Shown in pieces: positions 43,577 to 53,274 of a stretch of DNA of 64,000 bases (its first letter is position 1; the number at the start of each line of letters is the position of its first letter). Both the position numbers and the translations under genes were made by a program. The notes beneath the pieces were generated by a model. It was not told the origin of the DNA. It saw nothing but the letters and a program-made list of their open reading frames with translations, and made no database searches. This stretch comes from Trueperaceae bacterium (lineage in GTDB: Bacteria; Deinococcota; Deinococci; Deinococcales; Trueperaceae), in the NCBI GenBank assembly GCA_965213705.1, contig OZ243913.1:4032001-4096000 (forward strand), read 5' to 3'.

Positions 43577-43707
43577 ATCATGGCGCGCCATTGACAAGAA
43601 AAGCTCAAGGTTGTGTAAAGATTTTGTAAAGACGAACTATTTTAGCTGCGCAACACTTAAAGCTCCAGAAGCATCTTGAGGAAATCTTTACATAAGCGGT
43701 GTAAGGT
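43577..43707. promoter_or_regulatory. Divergent promoters, each with 11-bp-period direct-repeat boxes
   Basis: Minus-strand boxes at 43595/43606/43617/43628 with -10 CATGAT at 43577-43582; plus-strand boxes at 43672/43683 with -10 TAAGGT at 43702. Confidence 0.7.
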
Positions 43708-43713
43708 GAGCCT

Positions 43714-44364
43714 GTGGAAGCATTGAGTAAGATGTGGACCCTGCTCGGCGGCGCGTTGACTTTCGACGAACATGCGTTTGCCGCTGCGGTGACTGTGCCG
43801 GGCATCGCCCTCGTGACGGTGCTGCTGTCCGGGCTCGCCGAGGCAGCGGGCCAAAGCGTCGTCTTGTTCATCAACCGAGTCAAGCCCCGACGTTTCATCG
43901 TAAGCCTCGTCGTGAACGCCCTCTTGTTCACGTTCACCTTTCTTTTTTGGGCGCTTAGCATCTACCTTTTGGCACGTTTTGCTTTTGGGGTCACAACTCC
44001 TTATACGGCTGTCGCCAGGATTGTCGGCTTGGGATACGCACCCCGCCTGTTCGGGCTGCTGGCGTTCTTGCCTGTGGTCGGCGTGCCCATCGCCACGGGG
44101 CTTATCCTTTGGAGTCTGTTGGCTACCCTGTTCGGCGTCAGTGCCGTGTTGGGGTTGACGGGCTGGCAGTCGTTGGCCTGCGTCGCGCTGGGCGCGGTGT
44201 TGCTGCTGGTCGCGCAACGGACCGTCGGCAGCCCGCTGATGGCGCTGGCGCGGCGGGTGCGGCGTGGCGCGGCGGGTGTAGATTTGGTGACAAGTCCTGA
44301 AGACATCCGTGCGCTCGCCGAAGCGCCGCCGCAGTGGTTGAGCCAGCCGGAGGAAGGCGCGTGA
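43714..44364 (+). CDS. Yip1-like membrane protein
   Basis: GQSVVLFINRV.P.RF, GLGYAP; ~6 TM. Confidence 0.65.
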   Translation: MEALSKMWTLLGGALTFDEHAFAAAVTVPGIALVTVLLSGLAEAAGQSVVLFINRVKPRRFIVSLVVNALLFTFTFLFWALSIYLLARFAFGVTTPYTAVARIVGLGYAPRLFGLLAFLPVVGVPIATGLILWSLLATLFGVSAVLGLTGWQSLACVALGAVLLLVAQRTVGSPLMALARRVRRGAAGVDLVTSPEDIRALAEAPPQWLSQPEEGA

Positions 44365-45332
44365 TTGCCTTGCTCGTCGGTGTCGCCCTGGGCGGGCTGA
44401 TTATTGCCATGCTCCTTGCACCCGTCGAGGCGCTGGGTTGGTGGGCAGGCTGGTACGGGGCGGAGTTGGCGCAACCCCAACAGGGCGACTCGACAACCTA
44501 TACAGAAGCCGGCTCGAGCCGCGCCGCCGACCACTACGTCGTCTTTTTGGACGGCATCGCCAAAATCGGCTCGGAAAATTACGACGACGTGCAAGCTTTG
44601 CTGGACAAGTTGAGCGAGTGCCTGCCGAACGCTGTCGTCCTCGGCGACGTGATGCCTTACTCGGTGACGAACACGGGCTTGCTCGAGGACCGCCCACTGT
44701 CCCGTTTTTGGCGCCACGCCTACGCCATGAAACGGCAGGGCAAGCGCCCCGTTATCGCCTTCGCTATCAACCTGCGCAACGTGTTCCAGGTGCTCGTCGC
44801 GGCGGACGCCCGCTACGGCCCGCTCTACAGTCAAGGGGAAGCGCAGAGCATCGCGACGAGTTTGCTCGAGCACAACTATCAGCCGGGGAGCAGGGTGCCG
44901 GTCACCCTCATTGGCTACAGCGGCGGCGGGCAAATCGCGCTCGGCGTGACCCGCTTTCTCAAACGCGCCCTCGCCGCGCCCGTAACCGTCATTTCCCTCG
45001 GCGGGGTGATGTGCAGCGACGCCGGTTTGGCCGAGACGGAACACCTCTATCACCTGGTCGGCTCGAAGGACATCATCCCCAACTTAGGCCGTCTGTTTCC
45101 GGGCCGCTGGCCGTTGCTGGTCAATTCGCACTGGAACCGGATGCGGCGGCAGAACAAGTTGACCGTTATTCACATGGGGCCGATGGGCCACAACGGGCCG
45201 GGCAGTTACCTCGACGAACAGCGCCACCTGGAAAGCGGAGCAAGTTTTTTAGACCACACGGCCCGCACCCTCACCGCCCTCGTCAACCAGGTAACGTCCC
45301 AAGAAAGAGGTCGTCGTGCCAGCCCAACCTGA
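44361..45332 (+). CDS. Membrane-anchored alpha/beta-hydrolase-like protein
   Basis: FLDGI, IGYSGGGQ nucleophile elbow, GSKD, GHNG; GTGA overlap with the upstream gene. Confidence 0.7.
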   Translation: MIALLVGVALGGLIIAMLLAPVEALGWWAGWYGAELAQPQQGDSTTYTEAGSSRAADHYVVFLDGIAKIGSENYDDVQALLDKLSECLPNAVVLGDVMPYSVTNTGLLEDRPLSRFWRHAYAMKRQGKRPVIAFAINLRNVFQVLVAADARYGPLYSQGEAQSIATSLLEHNYQPGSRVPVTLIGYSGGGQIALGVTRFLKRALAAPVTVISLGGVMCSDAGLAETEHLYHLVGSKDIIPNLGRLFPGRWPLLVNSHWNRMRRQNKLTVIHMGPMGHNGPGSYLDEQRHLESGASFLDHTARTLTALVNQVTSQERGRRASPT

Positions 45333-45741
45333 AGCCACTCGAGAAAACGTCGACCGCAAACTCCGCAGGCGCTTGCAGATGTACAGCGTCGTGTTTGTGA
45401 TCATGCTCGGCATCGCCGTTTATAATGTCGCGCGCGGTGACCTCAGCCTGTGGCTCGGCATCGGCGTCGGCCTCGTTATAAGCCGCATGTTCCGCCTGAG
45501 TTGGGATGAGGAGTCGAGCACGGTCATCTCGCGCATCGACTGGCTCGGCGGGGCGATTCTCGCGGCCTACGTCCTCTTCGCCCTATTTCGCAACCGGCTG
45601 TTCAGCCATTGGGTGAGCGGCCCGGCGCTGGCGGCTTTCACGCTCAGCCTCGTCGCCGGAACCATGTTGGGTCGCGTTTTTGGTACAGTGCGGGGTATTC
45701 GCAGGATTCTGCGGGCTTGGAGGCTCGGTCTGGCTCGGTAG
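45316..45741 (+). CDS. Hypothetical membrane protein
   Basis: 4 TM, overlaps the upstream stop. Confidence 0.65.
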   Translation: MPAQPEATRENVDRKLRRRLQMYSVVFVIMLGIAVYNVARGDLSLWLGIGVGLVISRMFRLSWDEESSTVISRIDWLGGAILAAYVLFALFRNRLFSHWVSGPALAAFTLSLVAGTMLGRVFGTVRGIRRILRAWRLGLAR

Positions 45742-45824
45742 ATGAGTCGTTGTGCGTCGTTGTGGGCGCGCTTCAAACCTGTGGGGGCGGCATAGGCAGT
45801 ATCTCGCGGTAACAAGGAGTAGCT

Positions 45825-46430
45825 ATGAAAAAGTTTTTAGTCCCTTCCGCCCTCGCCCTGAGCTTCGCTTTGCTGTTCGCCGCCTGCGCCCCGGCCGTGC
45901 GCAACCAACTCGACCCGGCCAGCACCACCTACCGCTTGCGCGACAAGCTGTTCAACGCGAACGAAACCGTCATCATCCAGAACGACCAGGGCTTGAATGT
46001 TTACCAGGTCGAGCCGCCCGTCATCAGCCTCGGCGACTCCCTGATTGTCAACAATGTGCAGGGGCAGCGTTTGGGGCGCATCGACCGGCGCATTCTCTCG
46101 CTCAACCCGACCTACATCCTGAGCAAAAACGGTCAACGAGCCGCCGAAATCAGCCGCGACGTTTTGAACGCCGTTTTTCAGGGCGTCACCGGGACGAATA
46201 CCGGCGACAGCTACAACGTCGAGCTTGCGGACGGTTCGGCACCTTACGTGGTTCGGGGCGACATCTTCGACCTCAACTACAACGTCAGCCGCAACGGAAC
46301 CGTCGTCGCGGACATTTACAAACCGCCCTTTTCGCTCGACAACCGTTACTTCGTGGAGATTATTCCCGGCCAGGACACGGTGTTGATTTTGGAAATGGTC
46401 ATCGCCCTCAACGAGTTGACGCAGAACTGA
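45825..46430 (+). CDS. LURP-one/tubby-C-like lipoprotein
   Basis: Lipobox FAAC; LRDKLF, VYQV, GDIFDLNYNV, NRYFVEI.PG.D. Confidence 0.78.
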   Translation: MKKFLVPSALALSFALLFAACAPAVRNQLDPASTTYRLRDKLFNANETVIIQNDQGLNVYQVEPPVISLGDSLIVNNVQGQRLGRIDRRILSLNPTYILSKNGQRAAEISRDVLNAVFQGVTGTNTGDSYNVELADGSAPYVVRGDIFDLNYNVSRNGTVVADIYKPPFSLDNRYFVEIIPGQDTVLILEMVIALNELTQN

Positions 46431-46471
46431 GCTGGCTGTTTTAAAAGGGTGAGAAGGTCAAGAACCCAACG

Positions 46472-47638
46472 ATGACTTCTTTCTCAGCTTTTTCCAAACG
46501 CTTTTTTCTCGTCGTTGCCACAGGGCTGCTGCTGGCCGCCCTGTGGTTTTTCCGCGACACGCTGCTGCTGGCTTTCCTCGCCATCGTCTTCGCGGTGGGC
46601 ATCAGCATCCCGGCGAGCGCGCTGGTCAAGCGGCGCTGGCCGAGAACGTTGGCAAATATCGTCTCGGTCCTGACGGTCGCCGTCGTCGCCCTTTTTCTAG
46701 TGCTGTGGCTGCTCCCTTCCATCGCCGTCGAACTCGGCGGTTTGCTGACGGGGTTGCCGCAAGGAATTCAAAACCTGACCGAGTCTTACAACGGGCTGCT
46801 CGAGCGCAACGCCGCCCTGGGCCGCATCTTGTCGCCCATAGAAACGAGCCCCGGCGACGTTCCCGAAGAAGAGGTGCAACAGTTTTTCGAAAACGTCGTC
46901 AACGCTGGCTTGCCTATCCTAATGAGCGGGGGCAACCTCGCTTTCAACTTTTTGACAAACTTTGTGTTGGTCTTGGTCATGACGCTGCTGCTGTTGGCCG
47001 ACCCGACGGCGTACGTTAAGGCGAGTCTTTACCTGGTGCCGAAAAACTACCAACCACGGCTGCTCGAGCTGTGGGGCGAACTCTATCACACGCTGCGCAC
47101 CTGGTTGTCGGCGCTGTTTATCTCGATTACCATCACCGTCACGCTGGTGCTGGTCATTTTAGGGCTGTTGGGAATGCCCAACGTGTTGGTGGTCGCGGTG
47201 TTCTCGGGCTTTGCGACGTTCGTGCCGAACATCGGCGCGATTTTGCCGCTCGTGCCCATCGCCATCTTCACCCTCGCCCACGACCCCGCCCAACTGCTCG
47301 TCATGGCCCCGGCTTACCTGGCGATTCAACTCGTCGAAAGCAACATCATCACGCCGTCCATCGTCAGGCAGCAACTGAGTATTCCCGCGGCGGGGATGCT
47401 GGCGTTTCAGATTGTCGCAGGGCTCGTCTTCGGGGTGTTGGGGGTGTTGTTGGCGGTGCCGCTGTTGGCCGTCGTCATCACGCTGGTGCGGGAGCTTTAC
47501 AGCTACGACGTGTTGGGGCTGCGGGGGGAAGGGCTCGAGGTGACGTTGAACCGGGAGAATAGGCTCGAGGTAGAGAAGGGATTTGATGTTAAACCTGTTA
47601 TGCCCAAAGAGAAACCTGCGGGCAAAATTGTGAAGTAG
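46472..47638 (+). CDS. AI-2E family transporter
   Basis: FVPNIG, QLVESNIITP, FGVLGVLLAVP. Confidence 0.9.
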   Translation: MTSFSAFSKRFFLVVATGLLLAALWFFRDTLLLAFLAIVFAVGISIPASALVKRRWPRTLANIVSVLTVAVVALFLVLWLLPSIAVELGGLLTGLPQGIQNLTESYNGLLERNAALGRILSPIETSPGDVPEEEVQQFFENVVNAGLPILMSGGNLAFNFLTNFVLVLVMTLLLLADPTAYVKASLYLVPKNYQPRLLELWGELYHTLRTWLSALFISITITVTLVLVILGLLGMPNVLVVAVFSGFATFVPNIGAILPLVPIAIFTLAHDPAQLLVMAPAYLAIQLVESNIITPSIVRQQLSIPAAGMLAFQIVAGLVFGVLGVLLAVPLLAVVITLVRELYSYDVLGLRGEGLEVTLNRENRLEVEKGFDVKPVMPKEKPAGKIVK

Positions 47639-47732
47639 TGAAAAACCTAGACAAAACATTGTTTCCGATAAGTCTAATTTCGCAGCTTCTCGCCTGATGA
47701 TGCTGTTCTTATTTAGGTGACATAATGAATTT

Positions 47733-50700
47733 GTGAGTGAACATGATATAAGCTTTCTTAAGTCTAATATAGAACTTATTCGTAAACGTCTTTATGGTAA
47801 TCAAGCGGCCGCTATGATTGGATCTGGCTTTAGCCTCAACGCAAAACCGAAAACGGCTGATGCTCTCAGATTTCCTCTGTGGTCTGACCTTCTTACTCAG
47901 ATGTTTTATAGCCTTTATCCCACGTATTCCAGAGATGAAGGTAAACTGACTACGGCAGAGCTGAAATTTAAACAGCAGCAATTGAGTAACCCACTAGTGC
48001 TTGCTCAGCACTTCGAAGGAAACGACCGAAACAAACTTGATACTTTCATCGAAGAATCTATACCAGATGACAAACACACTCCAAGCATGTTGCATCAACA
48101 AATGCTAGGGCTGCCCTGGGTTGACGTCTTTACTACAAATTACGACACGTTACTTGAGAAAGCTAGTGATTCTGTAAGCCGCCCTTATAGCAAGGTTCTT
48201 ACGGAGAAAGCCATCCCCTCTTCTCCAGCGCCACGAATAGTAAAACTACATGGCACCTTGGGTCAAAGAAACTACGTCTTTACCGAAAGGGACTTTGCTA
48301 ACTACCCTCATGAACACCGAGCATTTGTAAATCAGGTACAAAATTCGATGATGTTTAACACCTTTTGCCTTTTTGGATTCTCTGGAGATGATCCAAACTT
48401 TAAAAGTTGGAATCAATGGGTTCTACGTGTTCTCGCAGACTACACTCCACAAATTTATCTTATTGGCCTACTAAAGATGACAGATTATGATAAAAGCTAC
48501 TGGCAAAACAATAAAGTCACACCTTTAGATTTGTCGTCTCTTCTTTTAACAGGGGAAAAACAGGATCATGGCTTGGCGATTGAGCGCTTCTTGAGACAAC
48601 TTCATAACGAACAAGACAAAATTATACTTAGTGGTCACTCTGAGGAACCAACCACAAAAATTTCTGAATTACTGCTTTCTTGGCCTGACACGACAAGCAT
48701 TACCCACTCAGAATTTTATTTACCGGACACAACCCGTAAAGGAAATGTGCAATTTGCTCACCTCAGAAGAGCAGCGGAGTTGTGGCGTGAGCAGCGTCTC
48801 AATTATCCTGGTTGGATCGTAACGCCAAGGTCTAACAGAGAAGCTTTGTGGGCCTGGACAGAGAGATGGGTTGATCCAACCTTCGAGACTGTCAAGAGTT
48901 TGAAGAAGTATGAAGCTCTGCTGGTTCTACGCGAGTTGTGCTGGCGTATTCGAAGGTCAATGTTCCCTTTTTTCATTAATCAAGTAGACATTATCAGCAA
49001 ACTGCTTGAAGCCGTAAATCCGTTTCCCGAAAATCTTGATCTTGCAAATTCAGAAGTCGTACGGGGTAAGCCTGAATATTCAACCTTGCCTTGGACTAGG
49101 CTTGAGGAAGCGTGGTTAGAGCTTGCTTTTGTAATTGTGCAGGAGGCAAGAGAGGACCTAGACCAATCTAGATTTGACATTTGGATGTCACGATTAGAAA
49201 AAGTTCTTTCCGCAAACAGCCATCTCTATAACCGCTGGTGTCATGAACGCTGCTTAATGTCACTTTACAAACTTAATCAGGAAGAGCTAAAACAAAGATT
49301 GTCCCAGTGGCAAAGTATGGAGGATGATCCAACCTGGCTTCTCAGAAAGTCTGCTTTTTTTGCAGAGCTTGGAGATTTTGATAAAGCGGAAGAGCTTGCC
49401 GAAAAAAGTATAGAAATAGTCAAAGCTATTGAGGAGAGTTCTAATCTCACATTTGTTTCGACAGAGAGTTGGGCGTTACACTCGCTAAACGGAATCAAGC
49501 AGGCCAAATCGTTTTTTGGCGATAATAGTTCGAAGTTGGATTTCAGGGCACGGCAAGAAGAACTTAAAGCTTTACGATGCAATCCAGAAGAAGAACTGGA
49601 ATTTTTAGAGACGCACTTGAATGCCTCGCTTCCAGAAGATAAACCCAGTCGAACGGTAAAGTACAATTTCGACCCAGACAGGATTACTACGACACGTCAT
49701 TTGGGAATTCAATCTTCAGTTCTGGATTCGCGTTCCGCCTTTGCACTGCTAACCCTCCCCGAACAAGCAGGTATTCCTATGAGAAGTGGTAACGTAAGCT
49801 TCTTACAAAATGCTGACACCGCAGTCCGCTGGATATGGCCTTTTGCCCCACTTTGGGCAATTAGTGCTTATGTTCGTAAAGCTCATGACAATAACAATCT
49901 TATTGATGACTGGCTTACTCGTATTGAGGTGTCGAATATAACTCAAGTTATCATTGATACCAGTTTTACTGCATTTACTCAGGCCTTAAAACAAGTAGTC
50001 GAATCTTTACCTCATGAATTTCCACGGAAACAAAGCTTTTCGGAAGAAACCATTATTCCATTAAGCGAAATCTTATCGAGGCTGACAATTCGCTTCTCAC
50101 CAGAACAACTTCAAGAACTTTTAAAAATTGGCTTGACCATGTACGAAAGTCCAGCTTTTCAGAAAGACTTTAGGCTTTATGATGTTGTAAACAAAGTTTT
50201 CAAGCGTGTGCTGTATGCGCTCCCTGGCCCAGAAACCTCGAGGCTTTTAGTGGATATTATTGGACTATCTTTACCAGGTGACGAAACTTCTTTGGTTGAT
50301 CCAACAATGGTAGAGAACTGGCCCGAACCCACAACTCACATTAGCTGGGGTTTAATAGATAAAAAATTCATCAAGTTCGATAGCCCTAAATGGGCTAGCA
50401 CCATTGGGAAACTCATTGTTGATGTCGAATATGGCGATTATTCCGTTAGATCACGTGCCGTAGAAAGATTGAGGAGACTCGCTGACAAAGATTTGCTTAC
50501 TGGGAAACAGAGAGAGTCATTTGGTAAAGCGCTTTGGTCAAGGACATTGCCTGAACTTGATTTACCTTCAGACACGAGGATTTATCCACATGGGTTTATG
50601 TACTTACCTGCTCCGAACGTGAAACAAGCAGAAAATAGCTTGCGGTCCTTCATTGAAAATAACCCTTTTCCGAACCTTTACTACTATGAAGAAAAACCAA

Positions 50701-51653
50701 TCGGTTCAGTTGTTACTTCACTTCAAAGAAAGGGTAAACCTACAATTCGTTACACCTACAGTTTTTCGACTCAAAGTTTACTTAAAGCTTGGAAGTACGC
50801 CTCAAAGAGTCCCATGAATGATCTTGAAAATGATCATCCCCTCCTTATCGATTGGACAACGTTTGAAGCTGAGGCAATGTTAAAGAAAATCAGTGTGTGG
50901 TGGTTTGCTGAAAAAGAAGCACTCTTGTACTCCAAGGATTTAGATTCTTTATCCAAAGTAGTAGAGCAAAGAATTGGTGATGTTAACTATATTGTTCGAA
51001 GAATTTTATTCCCACGCTTCAAAGCTAGTAGTGAAGAAACAAAGCGGGAAGCCATTAACTTATTAAAGGACATAGATGCATCTGGGTTTTCTATCTTGTC
51101 AGTCTTACCTTCGACTTTGTATCTGAACAACTCGGAAGCCGAGAGGCAAAAGGTGGCGGCGGCTTTGCACAAGGGTATACATAGTCAGAACGACGTTGAG
51201 GTGTTTGAGTCGATCCACGGCCTGGTAGACTGGTTAGCCCTCCAAGAACTTAGTGATCTGCCTAAAGTATCAGAAACTCTCTCTGAAGCTTTAGCCCTGA
51301 AGTTAATAGCCTGCAGGCAGCCAGCATTACAGTTCACTCTTGATGTTTTTGCTTGGATTATCAATGTTATTCCGCAGGCTCTCAGCGATGTCAACAGAGA
51401 GCGTGTCCTTATGGCTTTGCAATTTCTTCTCGAAGATACTTCCATACCCCGCGGCAGAATGGTGAGAGTCGAGGCGCATTCTGTTGAGGAGGTAACGCGA
51501 CTGCGTGCAGAAGCAGCCAAGCTGGCAGGAAAGCTCTATAGTTATTATCTAACACGCAGCATCAATGTACCCGAAGTCATACAAGATTGGAAAAACGTTG
51601 CTGAGAAAAACCCTTTACCAGAGATTAGAAAAGGGTTTTTGGGTTTGAACTAA
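47733..51653 (+). CDS. Large SIR2-domain protein, defence-associated sirtuin (DSR-like)
   Basis: IGSGFSLNA, FTTNYDTLLE, IVKLHG, LFGFSGDDPNF; ~1000-aa helical C-terminus; low GC. Confidence 0.88.
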   Translation: MSEHDISFLKSNIELIRKRLYGNQAAAMIGSGFSLNAKPKTADALRFPLWSDLLTQMFYSLYPTYSRDEGKLTTAELKFKQQQLSNPLVLAQHFEGNDRNKLDTFIEESIPDDKHTPSMLHQQMLGLPWVDVFTTNYDTLLEKASDSVSRPYSKVLTEKAIPSSPAPRIVKLHGTLGQRNYVFTERDFANYPHEHRAFVNQVQNSMMFNTFCLFGFSGDDPNFKSWNQWVLRVLADYTPQIYLIGLLKMTDYDKSYWQNNKVTPLDLSSLLLTGEKQDHGLAIERFLRQLHNEQDKIILSGHSEEPTTKISELLLSWPDTTSITHSEFYLPDTTRKGNVQFAHLRRAAELWREQRLNYPGWIVTPRSNREALWAWTERWVDPTFETVKSLKKYEALLVLRELCWRIRRSMFPFFINQVDIISKLLEAVNPFPENLDLANSEVVRGKPEYSTLPWTRLEEAWLELAFVIVQEAREDLDQSRFDIWMSRLEKVLSANSHLYNRWCHERCLMSLYKLNQEELKQRLSQWQSMEDDPTWLLRKSAFFAELGDFDKAEELAEKSIEIVKAIEESSNLTFVSTESWALHSLNGIKQAKSFFGDNSSKLDFRARQEELKALRCNPEEELEFLETHLNASLPEDKPSRTVKYNFDPDRITTTRHLGIQSSVLDSRSAFALLTLPEQAGIPMRSGNVSFLQNADTAVRWIWPFAPLWAISAYVRKAHDNNNLIDDWLTRIEVSNITQVIIDTSFTAFTQALKQVVESLPHEFPRKQSFSEETIIPLSEILSRLTIRFSPEQLQELLKIGLTMYESPAFQKDFRLYDVVNKVFKRVLYALPGPETSRLLVDIIGLSLPGDETSLVDPTMVENWPEPTTHISWGLIDKKFIKFDSPKWASTIGKLIVDVEYGDYSVRSRAVERLRRLADKDLLTGKQRESFGKALWSRTLPELDLPSDTRIYPHGFMYLPAPNVKQAENSLRSFIENNPFPNLYYYEEKPIGSVVTSLQRKGKPTIRYTYSFSTQSLLKAWKYASKSPMNDLENDHPLLIDWTTFEAEAMLKKISVWWFAEKEALLYSKDLDSLSKVVEQRIGDVNYIVRRILFPRFKASSEETKREAINLLKDIDASGFSILSVLPSTLYLNNSEAERQKVAAALHKGIHSQNDVEVFESIHGLVDWLALQELSDLPKVSETLSEALALKLIACRQPALQFTLDVFAWIINVIPQALSDVNRERVLMALQFLLEDTSIPRGRMVRVEAHSVEEVTRLRAEAAKLAGKLYSYYLTRSINVPEVIQDWKNVAEKNPLPEIRKGFLGLN

Positions 51654-51754
51654 AGAATAATGTTGACTTTGCATGAAGATTTAAGATTTGCCTCAGCTCT
51701 CTTCACTGCCTGAGTGCTTGACGGACGCTCCTTTAGGAATGCCGCAAAAGAAAC

Positions 51755-52174
51755 TCAACGGTTGTCAGCCAGGATGGAATTTATAGTCAAGTCGCCGATT
51801 CTTGAAAAATGTTTCAAGTTCCCCGTCACCAGCTCGAGGCCGTGCTGCACAGCCGTGGCAGCGATTTGCAAGTCCGCATCTGCCAGGGGAGTACCTTGTT
51901 TTTCCAGCTCCGCGCTGACGCGACCGAAGATGACCGCGGTTGCCATGTCGTAAGGTAAAACGGTCAGCCGCGGCAAAACCTGCTCGGTGATGTTTTTGAG
52001 GTGCTTCTCAGCCGCGGCGGAACGGTAAGCGCCCTTGTAAAGTTCTCCGACGCTGACGCTGCTCGTATACTGCGCTTCTCTAGAAACGGTTTGCAACCAT
52101 CTCAGGTATGCCGGGGAGGGGCGCTTTTTCAAAACTTCCGAAACAGCGTCAGTGTCGAAAAGATAGGCGGTCAT
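51755..52174 (-). CDS. vapC: VapC-family PIN toxin
   Basis: LFDTD.VSE, VGEL, ADLQIAATA, LVTGNLKHF. Confidence 0.92.
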   Translation of the reverse strand: MTAYLFDTDAVSEVLKKRPSPAYLRWLQTVSREAQYTSSVSVGELYKGAYRSAAAEKHLKNITEQVLPRLTVLPYDMATAVIFGRVSAELEKQGTPLADADLQIAATAVQHGLELVTGNLKHFSRIGDLTINSILADNR

Positions 52175-52446
52175 TCCAAGCTGACGCCGGCGCGGCTCGT
52201 CCGCTGCTGCTTGTCAAGCTGCTCAACCAACGCCTCGCTGTCTTCCCAGCCCCCGGCCAAGCCCGCCAAGCCCGCTTCCGGGCCTGCGCAGCGCAGACGC
52301 TCGAGCTGAGCAAGCAGGTCGGTACTCACCAGCGCGGCGACAGGTTTCCCGCGCCTTGAAATAACGACGGTCTCGCCGTGCTCTGCCAGACGAATAAACT
52401 GGGAGAGGTCTTTTTTGGCTTCATGGACAGGGACGGCTTGGCTCAT
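52171..52446 (-). CDS. Phd/YefM-family antitoxin
   Basis: VHEAKKDLS..I...E.GETVVISRRGKPVAAL; ATGA overlap with vapC. Confidence 0.92.
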   Translation of the reverse strand: MSQAVPVHEAKKDLSQFIRLAEHGETVVISRRGKPVAALVSTDLLAQLERLRCAGPEAGLAGLAGGWEDSEALVEQLDKQQRTSRAGVSLE

Positions 52447-52458
52447 GCTTACTCCTAG

Positions 52459-52481
52459 ATAACTATAATAACCATAATAAC
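52459..52481. promoter_or_regulatory. 9-bp direct repeats upstream of the antitoxin (probable TA operator)
   Basis: ATAACTATA ATAACCATA ATAAC. Confidence 0.5.
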
Positions 52482-52588
52482 TTTTTTGCCGAGATGGTCT
52501 TGTTTGCCAAACATAAGCTCGAGCCTGTATCTCGATTCTTTCTAAAAGAACCCCACCGCATAAGCCGCGCTGGGGCTCTCTTCGCTCC

Positions 52589-52646
52589 GACCTTGACTCA
52601 ACCTTGTCTCAATCTTTGAACAATCTTTATAGTTTCTCCTTATGCT
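52589..52646 (+). promoter_or_regulatory. Promoter with four 11-bp-period boxes
   Basis: GACCTTG 52589, AACCTTG 52600, AATCTTT 52611, AATCTTT 52622; -10 TATGCT at 52641. Confidence 0.7.
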
Positions 52647-52704
52647 CCGCTGAGAAGGTTCCGAAAGCGAATAGTTGGAACCTCCAAATCAAAGGAGCCT
52701 AACC

Positions 52705-53187
52705 ATGAAAAAGATGTTGCTGACCTTCACCACCTTGCTCGCTTTCAGCTTCGGTACGACCTTTGCCCAAGATGTCGTTACACCTCTGGAGCGCCCGGCC
52801 GACGCGTACTGGGCGGGCCTTTCGACGGGCTTTCCCTTCGGCGTCACGCTGCACTTCGGCATCGACGACGTGTTTGCCAGTAACGCCGACGTGCGCTTTA
52901 TCGGCAGCATCTTCGGGGACTCGGTCGGGCTCGGGGTGGACGCGCTCTACGGCTTCGGGCTCGATGACGAGCAGACGCTCGACCTGTATGTGGGCGGCGG
53001 TCCGCTGCTCGAGGTCGGCAACCGCTTTGCCCTTGGCGTGAACGCGTTCGTGGGTCTCGAGTACCGCTTGAGTGCCATCGGCTTTGCGCCGGGCGGAATT
53101 TTTCTCGAGGCGGGGCCGTTCGTGGGGTTTGGCGACGAAACCTTCGTCGACTTCAACGCCCGCCTCGGTTTCAACTACCACTTTTAA
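52705..53187 (+). CDS. Small outer-membrane beta-barrel protein
   Basis: Signal peptide ...TFA-Q, amphipathic strands (YVGGG, VGLEY), C-terminal GFNYHF. Confidence 0.8.
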   Translation: MKKMLLTFTTLLAFSFGTTFAQDVVTPLERPADAYWAGLSTGFPFGVTLHFGIDDVFASNADVRFIGSIFGDSVGLGVDALYGFGLDDEQTLDLYVGGGPLLEVGNRFALGVNAFVGLEYRLSAIGFAPGGIFLEAGPFVGFGDETFVDFNARLGFNYHF

Positions 53188-53208
53188 GGTTGCCTTGCCG
53201 ACACGCCC

Positions 53209-53240
53209 AGCTGCTCCGGCCCGTACCGGAGCAGCTTTTT
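53209..53240 (+). terminator. Intrinsic terminator
   Basis: AGCTGCTCCGG/CCGGAGCAGCT stem followed by a T-run. Confidence 0.75.
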
Positions 53241-53274
53241 GATTCATAGTCACGCGACCTAAAGGAGCAAACCC

